In this document: in pieces, positions 17,445-25,086 of the stretch
Position numbering within the stretch: position 1 is the first letter of the stretch
Layout of the letters: each line of letters opens with the position of its first letter
From: Candidatus Lindowbacteria bacterium RIFCSPLOWO2_12_FULL_62_27
GTDB lineage: Bacteria; Lindowbacteria; 2-12-FULL-62-27
Direction of reading: 5' to 3'
Assembly: GCA_001784175.1 (NCBI GenBank)
Contig: MFPR01000017.1
Coordinates: forward strand, 93,024 to 157,023
Length of the DNA: 64,000 nt
The notes under the pieces: model-generated
What the model was told of the DNA's origin: nothing
Databases searched by the model: none
Seen by the model: only the letters and a program-made list of their open reading frames with translations
Program-made: the position numbers and the translations under genes

Positions 17445-18994
17445 AAGGGCTGTTCCCGGATATGGTCGATGCGAAAATTTTGCACAAATTTTGCACAAGT
17501 CGATTTTGAATTGTCGCATTGTTTTGTAACTGTTTGATAATCCCAATGCGCCCGTAGCTCAGTTGGATAGAGCATCGGCCTTCTAATTCGTTGGAATGGT
17601 AAAGAAGATGCAGACCCATTTTCGCCATCTTCATCAACCATCTCATTCTGCGCCTGTAGCCACGCCTTCAACGTCTCCTCTGCACGCAACAATTCATCCC
17701 TCAACCCCGACGGCAACGCATCGGCGTAATCACGCTCCAATTCTGCAACCGTATGGCCAAAGTGTTTTGCGAGCCGTACCATGTCGAAGCTGATACGCGT
17801 TGCGGCGTGATACCAAACACTTGCCACAGTTTTCCGAAGGCAGTACGACGCAGCACCGAGCCTCTCTCCGATCAAGACACGAAACCTGTCAGACATTTCC
17901 GACGATATAGTATTCTCGCTACATTTTCGCTCCGCGAATTGTGGCAACAGCGCAACGACAGCGACGTCGCCAGAGCTATCAACAAACCTATCCCGAGCGG
18001 CATCATACTGTAATCCGCAATGTGTTGCATATGCACGCAACCCCGCAATCAAACGATTCGAGAGCATCATCACACGCCCGCGCCCGCGTTTTAACTTTTT
18101 CGATTTTTCATTTTTCGGTGGTACAAAAATTCCACGACGGGACAAGCGCACATGATCCCAACGGATACGACGCACCTGCGCGGCACGGTTGCCGGTCTCG
18201 CGTTCGACGAGCAACCAAAAATCTGTATCATCTACACTCGACAAGACATCATCAACCACACGTAACTCTTGACCTGTCAGGACACGCCAAATTTCTTGGC
18301 GCGTCGGCGATTGTGCTTCAAACCCGAGCGACCGCATACGCAACACCAAACGAATATTATTTTCCGTGACAAGTTTTTCCAGAATTCCTGCATCCACCAC
18401 ACGCGCCAACAACTCAATTTCTTTCTTGATCGTATTATCCTTTGAAAACGGCTGCGCACGCCGATATTCAACGTATTGCGTAAGGCGAGCCTGCGACACA
18501 ACAGAAATCTTGTCATTGCCAAAAAAACGCAACAACTTATTCAGGTCTGTTGCGTGGCGTTTACGTTGACCTCCGCTCTTAACCACTCTGAAACAATAAC
18601 CGTTTTCCTCGACGAATTTTTTTGCGAATCGGCCATTCGACGATGGAACATACCGTCCGACCTGCAATTTTGACAAAATACCGCATTGAGATGTTGCCAA
18701 ATGTTCTACAATTTCCTGCACCGTTAAATCCTGACAAACAGGATCGACAGCAACACCACGATGAACGATTGACAGCGCACGCTCAAGCGTTGACACTTCC
18801 ACATCACGCCGGGACAAGAGATTTTCTGTAGTCCCTTCCTCCGATACCTCACGCCGACGAATGCCGTCAAAGTCATAGTCTTCGACAACATCGGCTTGAC
18901 GACACATCAACGCCGTGGGAACATCTGGACGAGATCGATTTTCAGTTTCAACGGCCTGCGGCTGGCCCCGCAGGCTTTGTTTTTCCTCAAGCAT
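17405..18994 (-). CDS. int: Tyrosine recombinase/integrase whose ORF runs through the att site
   Basis: SAM-like domain (TIKKEIELL); catalytic R (ETGNR), K (KNEKSK), YCLRKT (HxxR variant), FGH, and Y (ERDYA); RRPMLYPTELRA is the antisense tRNA half. Confidence 0.85.
   Translation of the reverse strand: MLEEKQSLRGQPQAVETENRSRPDVPTALMCRQADVVEDYDFDGIRRREVSEEGTTENLLSRRDVEVSTLERALSIVHRGVAVDPVCQDLTVQEIVEHLATSQCGILSKLQVGRYVPSSNGRFAKKFVEENGYCFRVVKSGGQRKRHATDLNKLLRFFGNDKISVVSQARLTQYVEYRRAQPFSKDNTIKKEIELLARVVDAGILEKLVTENNIRLVLRMRSLGFEAQSPTRQEIWRVLTGQELRVVDDVLSSVDDTDFWLLVERETGNRAAQVRRIRWDHVRLSRRGIFVPPKNEKSKKLKRGRGRVMMLSNRLIAGLRAYATHCGLQYDAARDRFVDSSGDVAVVALLPQFAERKCSENTISSEMSDRFRVLIGERLGAASYCLRKTVASVWYHAATRISFDMVRLAKHFGHTVAELERDYADALPSGLRDELLRAEETLKAWLQAQNEMVDEDGENGSASSLPFQRIRRPMLYPTELRAHWDYQTVTKQCDNSKSTCAKFVQNFRIDHIREQPFHRMRTWMPPPLS
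17548..17586 (+). repeat. att site 2: 5' fragment of tRNA-Arg(UCU)
   Basis: 39-bp identity to 22762-22800, ending exactly at the end of the anticodon loop (CTTCTAA). Confidence 0.95.
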
Positions 18995-19352
18995 GAAAAT
19001 CCCTCCCCACTCGTGATTTTTGCATCATCCTAAAATCCAACCGCAACCCAAATCGCTTCGAAAATTTTTCCATGACCTCTATCTCCGTAATTGACAACAT
19101 ATGAAAATCCAACAACCGCCTAATCACACTTTCAACAACACGTTTATTTTTCATAATATCGTCAGCGGTCATAACGACACACCCACTGTACACAATAACC
19201 GCTCCTGTAATTGGATCAAAAATCACCCACACTTCATCTTTTTGAATGCGACGCAACAATAAATCAAAATACCCAGCATCTCGAAAATGCAATTTTAAAC
19301 AATCAATCAGTTTCCTTAACTGGCGATTCTCTAATTTTCTTTTTTCGACCAT
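18987..19352 (-). CDS. Hypothetical protein of element 2
   Basis: ORF overlaps both the RHH gene and int; likely start at ATG 19352 (or 19385). Confidence 0.6.
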   Translation of the reverse strand: MVEKRKLENRQLRKLIDCLKLHFRDAGYFDLLLRRIQKDEVWVIFDPITGAVIVYSGCVVMTADDIMKNKRVVESVIRRLLDFHMLSITEIEVMEKFSKRFGLRLDFRMMQKSRVGRDFHA

Positions 19353-19549
19353 CGCAACACCTTGCCTTTCTCGGTTGTCCGGCATCTGGACAAATATTCA
19401 CGGATCGCACGCCGGATCAAATATGAAATTGCGCGACCTTCGCGACGACCAAGAACACGAAGTCGCTCACGGTCGATCACAGGCATATACACGGTGACCG
19501 CCGCGCAACCTAATCCCTTCACATCCAGAAAATCCATTACCTTACTCAC
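19331..19549 (-). CDS. Ribbon-helix-helix (CopG-like) regulator
   Basis: VTVYMP..DRERLRVLGRREGRAISYLIRRAIREYL pattern; AGGAGG RBS upstream. Confidence 0.85.
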   Translation of the reverse strand: MSKVMDFLDVKGLGCAAVTVYMPVIDRERLRVLGRREGRAISYLIRRAIREYLSRCRTTEKGKVLRWSKKEN

Positions 19550-19564
19550 CTCTCACCACCTCCT

Positions 19565-19593
19565 ATTTTTCCTCCCACGATGTCTATTGTCAA
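19565..19593 (-). promoter_or_regulatory. Candidate promoter of the element-2 operon
   Basis: TTGACA-N17-AAAAAT immediately upstream of the RHH RBS, in the element's only sizeable non-coding gap. Confidence 0.5.
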
Positions 19594-19774
19594 CTCCTTG
19601 AGCTACAAACGGTAATGTATTATTTTTGTTGACAAATTAACTCCCATCAACACAAGCAATTACATCCAACTAACATCTGCTACTCTCCGCAATTATTTTT
19701 TCAAAGTCCCCATCTACACCCTATGTTATTAGGTTCAGCTCTCTTTTTCTTCGGGAGACCCCTTCTCCCGACCT

Positions 19775-21121
19775 CTACCCACTTTCCCCCTCTGACAAAA
19801 TCAAAGGAACCTGAACTTGTAACTCATCAAGTCCCCGACTCCATATGAACCGGCCGGGCGTCGCCGGCAATTTTGCAGATGCACCCGACCCGATTAACTT
19901 GACTGACATATCCAGATTTTTTAAGCGTCCGATCAGGCGGCACGGCAGATTATCCCGCAACTGACCATCCAGCACTCTTACATCTGGACGCTGCGTCGCA
20001 AGAATCAAATGGATCCGCGCTGCGCGACCCTTCATTGCAATGCGCTCAAGTCCCAACTGAATTTCCTTTCCATCTTTCCCGGACACAACGTCCGCAAGCT
20101 CGTCCACGACAAGCACCAGCGGCACGAAATCATCCGATCCGGTACGCGCCTGCTGGTATCGCTCGTCCATCTTCGACACAAGCGCAGTTATCAGCGACAA
20201 GAATTTTTCGGACTCAAACACGTATGCTTTCAATTTCGACTCGATACCTTTGTAGTCCGTCCCTTTCGCATCGATCAGCACAATATCAACACACTGAGCA
20301 ATCAGTTGCCGTATCAATCCCAACAGCACCGTTGTTTTTCCACATCCTGTTTCACCACCAATCAGCAAATGCACCATTTCGGTCAACGTGATCACCACGG
20401 ACCGAGAAAAACTCTCTCCAATGTACAATTGCCCCCTACCGGGGGCCGCGTCCGCATGCGCGGCCGCCTGCGCCCGATTCACCGCTTCTTTCACAGTCAA
20501 CTCAAACCGCCCCGGCAATGTTCCGGTTCCATAGTCATATTGGTAGCTACCTGCCCCGCACTCATGGAAGCTTTCAAAATGTCCGTTGTATTCATTCGCC
20601 AACCGTTCTGTTTCCATCCTCTCCCGGTCTGTACCGCGTGGCCGGAAATATAGTGTCACCGCGCGACCCCGCGAAAACTCCGCAATGAAGTCCGGCGGCT
20701 CACCCGAGCCACTGACAACTCCGGCACTCCGACAATGTTGCTCAAATTTTGTCGCTGAAATTCGCCATCGCAAATTGAACGCACAGCCGAACGAAAACAC
20801 CATCAACAGAAATGCAAGCAGAACCAACACGATCAACGGAAACGATCCGATATACTCGACAGGTTGCAGAAGTCCAACACCCAAAAGCAAAGTTCCAGAT
20901 ATGTATAAGTCAACCGGACGGAAGTACCACCGATCCGTCCGTAATTTCACCGAACAAAATCTTACCCAGCCATCAAGACCGCCGACCATCAACAAAAACA
21001 GAGACACAACAGATAACGTTCTCCTGAACGCCTCCAGCAGCGGAACATGACCGAACGCCTTCAACAGCCCGGCTACGATAATCGCCAGCCCAGCCGACAA
21101 GCAGACAATGAAACGCATCAC
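19775..21121 (-). CDS. FtsK/SpoIIIE-family ATPase with N-terminal TM helices (TcpA/TraB-like DNA translocase)
   Basis: HLLIGGETGCGKT Walker A, LIDAKG, LVVDELAD Walker B, GRAARIHLILATQRP. Confidence 0.92.
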   Translation of the reverse strand: MMRFIVCLSAGLAIIVAGLLKAFGHVPLLEAFRRTLSVVSLFLLMVGGLDGWVRFCSVKLRTDRWYFRPVDLYISGTLLLGVGLLQPVEYIGSFPLIVLVLLAFLLMVFSFGCAFNLRWRISATKFEQHCRSAGVVSGSGEPPDFIAEFSRGRAVTLYFRPRGTDRERMETERLANEYNGHFESFHECGAGSYQYDYGTGTLPGRFELTVKEAVNRAQAAAHADAAPGRGQLYIGESFSRSVVITLTEMVHLLIGGETGCGKTTVLLGLIRQLIAQCVDIVLIDAKGTDYKGIESKLKAYVFESEKFLSLITALVSKMDERYQQARTGSDDFVPLVLVVDELADVVSGKDGKEIQLGLERIAMKGRAARIHLILATQRPDVRVLDGQLRDNLPCRLIGRLKNLDMSVKLIGSGASAKLPATPGRFIWSRGLDELQVQVPLILSEGESG

Positions 21122-21525
21122 AGCCGGGAGAACTCCGATACATCTTCCGCACCTCGAACCGCCGTAGCCTTCAGCTTGCGCGGAGCCTTGTCGTCAGCCG
21201 AGATCGGCGACACAGCGTCAGGCAACTTCACATCATCCCGACGTTTTCTGCCCGAGTACTCCAATATCACCGCAGGATTAGGAAACTCCCTACAGCGATA
21301 GAACCTCTGACCTTTCCATTCGCGAACCCGGAACACATCCAAAACCATCTGCTTGCCGTCTGGCAGATCGATATGACCCGGAGAAGTCATATCGCAGCGG
21401 TAAAACTCCCGCGTACCCCGATCAACAAGCTCAAACGAGTACGCAAAAAATTTCTCTCCGGACTGTTTTGCTGTTACCTCACGCTCCCGAACATTTAGTA
21501 CAGGACCGGCTAAAATCATTTGCAA
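21118..21525 (-). CDS. Putative ssDNA-binding (OB-fold-like) protein
   Basis: Small beta-rich protein (ILAGPVLNVREREVTAKQSGEKFFAYSFELVD) between rep and the FtsK-like gene, with a disordered tail; assignment relies on position and pattern. Confidence 0.5.
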   Translation of the reverse strand: MQMILAGPVLNVREREVTAKQSGEKFFAYSFELVDRGTREFYRCDMTSPGHIDLPDGKQMVLDVFRVREWKGQRFYRCREFPNPAVILEYSGRKRRDDVKLPDAVSPISADDKAPRKLKATAVRGAEDVSEFSRL

Positions 21526-22574
21526 CCACCGCCCTCTCGTTGAAATTTTATCAGGTCAGCAACACTGCCAACCCAGTTCATTGACTCCGCGCGACGCAGA
21601 AAATTGCGCCACTTCTGGACGGAATCTATGCGGTACCACCACCCAATGCGTGCAAACTCCCGCGCAATCTCTCTATATTTTTTTGTATCTTCCTTGGGAC
21701 AGACGACACGACGACGCAACTCAAGAGTTTCCGTATCAGGGCGACGAAACGCGGACCACTCCGGAACAGGAACATCGTTCAAGACCGGAACGCACCGATC
21801 CAGCGACCAGTTCCAAATTCCCGAAAACTTTTGCTGGAAATCTGCGAACGTGTCAACTTTCAGATCATGCAAAACTGAACGACGCAATTCCACCTCGTAG
21901 CGTAAAACCTGAGACTTGCCGTCCCAGCCGGACCGCATCCAACGCTCAAACCAATCCTGTCGCGCCGGATTCTTTGTGACGTTGAGTTCATAGGGTTTGT
22001 CATACAAACGTGTCACCATATCCCCCGACCTGAACCAGTACCCGCTAAACCGCGAAGGTGTTCCATATTCCTTCGATTCGTATTTCCCGCCTTTCATTCT
22101 GCAAGACCAACCCCTCAACCCCAGAGACGCAAAATCTGTCTCCGGCACAAAATCCACGCAAACATCTACGCGCGATAAAATTTCACTTTCAATATCAGCG
22201 TGAGAACGTGCCAACTCCAATACGACACGCTCAACATATTCCAAATTTTCCGAGAGATTCGGACACGCACGTGATCTGAAAATGACATACAACTCTGGTA
22301 CGCCAACACTGTAACGCTGATGCGATGACAACCACCCCTCAACTTTTTTTATCTGTATCTCAATGCCCCTCGACTCATTCACCAGAGTAAAAGCGTAAGG
22401 ACCGCGACCCTTGCGGCGAACTTCCGAGTTTTCACCACCCAAGTCAAACCGCGCCGATCCGGTCTCCTGCGCTTGGAGCTTCAGCTTTTCCAAATCAGAA
22501 TTGAGACCTTCGCGCAGTACGACGCGCCGAGATACCATAAGCGTGTCGATGGCCGGACCGTGTAGAATCTTCAC
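21516..22574 (-). CDS. rep: Rolling-circle replication initiator/relaxase, Rep_trans-like
   Basis: IDTL, LSRVDVCVDF, RLYDK (catalytic Y) and VLRYEVELR motifs; GTG at 22574 has a GAGGTG SD (alternative GTG at 22583). Confidence 0.85.
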   Translation of the reverse strand: MKILHGPAIDTLMVSRRVVLREGLNSDLEKLKLQAQETGSARFDLGGENSEVRRKGRGPYAFTLVNESRGIEIQIKKVEGWLSSHQRYSVGVPELYVIFRSRACPNLSENLEYVERVVLELARSHADIESEILSRVDVCVDFVPETDFASLGLRGWSCRMKGGKYESKEYGTPSRFSGYWFRSGDMVTRLYDKPYELNVTKNPARQDWFERWMRSGWDGKSQVLRYEVELRRSVLHDLKVDTFADFQQKFSGIWNWSLDRCVPVLNDVPVPEWSAFRRPDTETLELRRRVVCPKEDTKKYREIAREFARIGWWYRIDSVQKWRNFLRRAESMNWVGSVADLIKFQREGGGCK

Positions 22575-22720
22575 GGACGCCACCTCTCGACAGTAGGCTC
22601 AACAGACGATACACGCAGACCATCCCTCGAAAGTTCAATTTTCAAATTGATTGTGATGTTGACGTGAGCTTCGGCCGACACGTTCAGGCCGTTGCTCACA
22701 GCCGATGGTCGCGTTAGACT

Positions 22721-22749
22721 TTGCTTTTCTCCGCTACCGTTTGTATCAT
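22721..22749 (+). promoter_or_regulatory. Element-supplied sigma70-like promoter for tRNA-Arg
   Basis: TTGCTT-N17-TATCAT ending 12 nt before the tRNA 5' end. Confidence 0.65.
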
Positions 22750-22761
22750 CATTACTTGTGT

Positions 22762-22835
22762 GCGCCCGTAGCTCAGTTGGATAGAGCATCGGCCTTCTAA
22801 GCCGAGGGTCCCCGGTTCGATTCCGGGCGGGCGCG
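22762..22835 (+). tRNA. tRNA-Arg (anticodon UCU), CCA not encoded
   Basis: Acceptor stem GCGCCCG/CGGGCGC, D arm GCTC..GAGC, anticodon arm TCGGC-CTTCTAA-GCCGA, T arm CCCGG-TTCGATT-CCGGG. Confidence 0.97.
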
Positions 22836-22836
22836 T

Positions 22837-23517
22837 TTATTTGTCCGGCAGGCTCCATTTATTCCGGTATTTGTCCAGGGCCGCGCGCCAGGCCGGGCTG
22901 CCGAAGGCGCCGCCGCTGGCGTGCGTGACGGCAATCGGCCAGGTGCCGATGCGGAGGCCCGCCGTTACGGCGGTCCGGCAGAAATCCATGTCGTAGAGAT
23001 GGAATTCGAATTGTTCGTCGAATCGGACCGATCGATCGAGCAGCGTCGCGCACTTGGCTGCGATCAGCAGGCCATCCACCGTTTTCACCTCCGCCGGGCA
23101 GTCGCCGTACCATGTGACCGGGCCGAAGGGCCGGCTTCCGTGCGCGACCGCGCCGGAGAGATTATCCGCGAGGTCCCATTCGAAGCGGTCGTTGGCAAAC
23201 GCCCATGCCGGCGTCGCCGGCGCCGGTGATTTGTTTCCGGCGAGGCCGATCACGTCGAATCTCTCCAGGCCCTCCCGGATCCGGTCGGCGAAATGGTAAT
23301 CGTCGATCCAGACGTCGTCATGCATGAACACCATGACATCGGCCCGGTTTGCCTCGGTGATCAACTGATTGTAGACCCGCGGCAGTGTCTCCGCGTTTTC
23401 AAACGCGATCCATGCCGAAAGCCGCGCGTCGCGGGCCAGCCGGCCCAGGCTGGCGCCGAGCGGAGAATCTTTGAATAGGGATTCAGACAGCCGCGTGGCG
23501 GAAACGATCTTGATCAA
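22837..23517 (-). CDS. GT2-like glycosyltransferase
   Basis: VFMHDDV DxD motif, VDGLLIA, RFDEQFEFHLYDMDFC, VTHAS. Confidence 0.85.
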   Translation of the reverse strand: MIKIVSATRLSESLFKDSPLGASLGRLARDARLSAWIAFENAETLPRVYNQLITEANRADVMVFMHDDVWIDDYHFADRIREGLERFDVIGLAGNKSPAPATPAWAFANDRFEWDLADNLSGAVAHGSRPFGPVTWYGDCPAEVKTVDGLLIAAKCATLLDRSVRFDEQFEFHLYDMDFCRTAVTAGLRIGTWPIAVTHASGGAFGSPAWRAALDKYRNKWSLPDK

Positions 23518-23531
23518 AGGACCGCCGCCGA

Positions 23532-24113
23532 TTACTCGGCGACCAGTGCCAGGTTTCCGCTGAGCCGCTCTCGAAGAAGGGATTCGATCGCCCGGAGCGT
23601 GCCTGCCGTGGAAGTCGGGCAGCTTCCGCAGGCGCCCTCGTAATGGACCCGCAGAAGGTTGCCGTCCAGGCCGAGCACCTGCAGGCCGCCGCCGTCGCCC
23701 GCGAGGTACGACCGGATTTCTTCATCCAGAAGCCGGTTGATGACCGCGAGCCGCTCGTCGGGCGGAAGTTTCTCAAATTCGGCCGCGTCCGCCGGCGCCG
23801 GCGCGGCCGGCCCGGCCGCCGCGGGCTGGACCGGCACGTCGATCACCGGCGCGGTCGAGCTGATGGTCGATTCGGCCTCCTCGACGATGTCCTCCCACGG
23901 CACCTCGTCGGATTTGGTGACGGTGACGAAATCGTGCATGTAATACACGGATTGCACGCCGCGGATCCGGAAGAGCGCCGCGCCCAGCGGGTCCACGCCG
24001 GTTTCGGCGGGGCCGCCATACGTGACGGAACCGGACGGCACGAAAGGCTGGTTCACGACGAACTTGATCGCGTTCGGATTCGGTGTCGGTTCAATATTGA
24101 CAACGGTCAGCAT
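23532..24113 (-). CDS. Nfu/NifU-type Fe-S carrier (Nfu_N + NifU_C)
   Basis: EPTPNPNAIKF; DGG...GACGSCP CxxC motif. Confidence 0.92.
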   Translation of the reverse strand: MLTVVNIEPTPNPNAIKFVVNQPFVPSGSVTYGGPAETGVDPLGAALFRIRGVQSVYYMHDFVTVTKSDEVPWEDIVEEAESTISSTAPVIDVPVQPAAAGPAAPAPADAAEFEKLPPDERLAVINRLLDEEIRSYLAGDGGGLQVLGLDGNLLRVHYEGACGSCPTSTAGTLRAIESLLRERLSGNLALVAE

Positions 24114-24144
24114 GACACAATTATCGCACGATCAAAAACGCCCG

Positions 24145-24933
24145 TCAAACACGCGACAGCAGGACCCGGTCGAGCAGCGACGGGAAAAACCGGTTGACGA
24201 AAATCCCGAGCTTGCCGATCCCCGTCAGGATCGTGTCCCGCCGGTTCTTGTTCAACGCCTTTACCAGGAGCCGCGCGCAGGTGTCGACCGTCATCGGCGT
24301 GGTCGGCACGCCCCTGCGGTGCGTCACGCCGAACCGTTTCTGGTGCGCGAGAAACTCGGTCTGGGTGTGCCCGGGGCTGGCGTACATGACCTGCACGCCT
24401 TTTTTGGCGTACTCGACCCGCAGCGACTCCGTGTAGGCCTTGAGGGCCGACTTGGTGGCGCAGTAGGACGACATGAGCGGCATCGCGCGGTGTCCGACCA
24501 CCGACCCGATGTTCATGATCTTGCCGCCGCCCTGCCGTTCCATGATCGGGAGGACTTTTTTCATGAGATACAGCGACGCAAAGAGATTGGTTTCAAAGAT
24601 CTCCCGTTCCGCCGCCATCGGCGTGTCGACGAAGAGGCTGTCGATGCCGTAGGCCGCGTTGTTGATCAGCACGTCGATCCGGTTGAACCGCCGGACCACG
24701 TCGTCGATCATCCGGTCGACGGCCGGGGCGTTGGTGATGTCGAGCGGATACGACGTCATGGTGATTTGGGCGCGGGTCTTCGAGATTTCGTCCCTGAGCG
24801 CCGTCAGGAGTCCATCCCGGCGCGCGATGAGCACCAGCGTCGCGCCGGTCTTCGCCATTTCCCGGGCCAGCGCCGCGCCGATTCCGCCTGACGCGCCCGT
24901 GATCAGTGTGACTGTGCCGTTCCAAGATTGCAT
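24145..24933 (-). CDS. Short-chain dehydrogenase/reductase
   Basis: TGASGGIG, NNA, YCATK. Confidence 0.92.
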   Translation of the reverse strand: MQSWNGTVTLITGASGGIGAALAREMAKTGATLVLIARRDGLLTALRDEISKTRAQITMTSYPLDITNAPAVDRMIDDVVRRFNRIDVLINNAAYGIDSLFVDTPMAAEREIFETNLFASLYLMKKVLPIMERQGGGKIMNIGSVVGHRAMPLMSSYCATKSALKAYTESLRVEYAKKGVQVMYASPGHTQTEFLAHQKRFGVTHRRGVPTTPMTVDTCARLLVKALNKNRRDTILTGIGKLGIFVNRFFPSLLDRVLLSRV

Positions 24934-25086
24934 CCGCTTTCACGCTCCCTTATTCGAATTATGAATCACAGAACTTGCCGGCATCATATCAGACTGCGGC
25001 GCTTTCGCAATGGCGCGCGCGGCGGTTGACGCCCCGCCCGGCGATGGTAGACTCCACGATTACAATCTTATGAAGGAGAGCGACCC

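Larger units (their letters stand above)
12258..17586. mobile_element. Decayed tRNA-Arg-integrated island 1 (TA modules, fibre gene, integrase stub)
   Basis: Bounded by two tRNA 5'-half direct repeats; AT-richer than the flanks; tyrosine-integrase C-terminal remnant next to the right att; tandem arm-like repeats near both ends. Confidence 0.85.
17548..22800 (-). mobile_element. Minimal integrative element 2 (int, hypothetical, RHH, FtsK-like, SSB-like, Rep_trans-like); predicted 5214-bp circle
   Basis: 39-bp direct repeats at both ends; six co-oriented overlapping genes; composition clearly different from the host. Confidence 0.92.

Noticed and set aside
12258-17586. tRNA-like sequences at 12258 and 17548 as extra tRNA genes
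   Set aside because: They stop at or just after the anticodon loop, with no T arm or 3' acceptor strand; they are att duplications
17587-22761. Element 2 as a filamentous (inovirus) prophage
   Set aside because: The Rep+SSB order is similar, but the ATPase is FtsK-type with N-terminal TMs rather than Zot/pI-like, and I see no small coat-protein or pIII-like ORFs
12258-22762. Near-equal sizes of the two islands (5290 and 5214 bp) as a packaging constraint or duplication
   Set aside because: Their contents are unrelated and island 1 is a deletion-riddled remnant, so the match is probably coincidental
22571-22858. 95-aa ORF antisense to the tRNA as an independent gene
   Set aside because: Its first third is the reverse complement of the tRNA and the end of the GT gene; only 22571-22761 is interpreted, as the alternative Int tail
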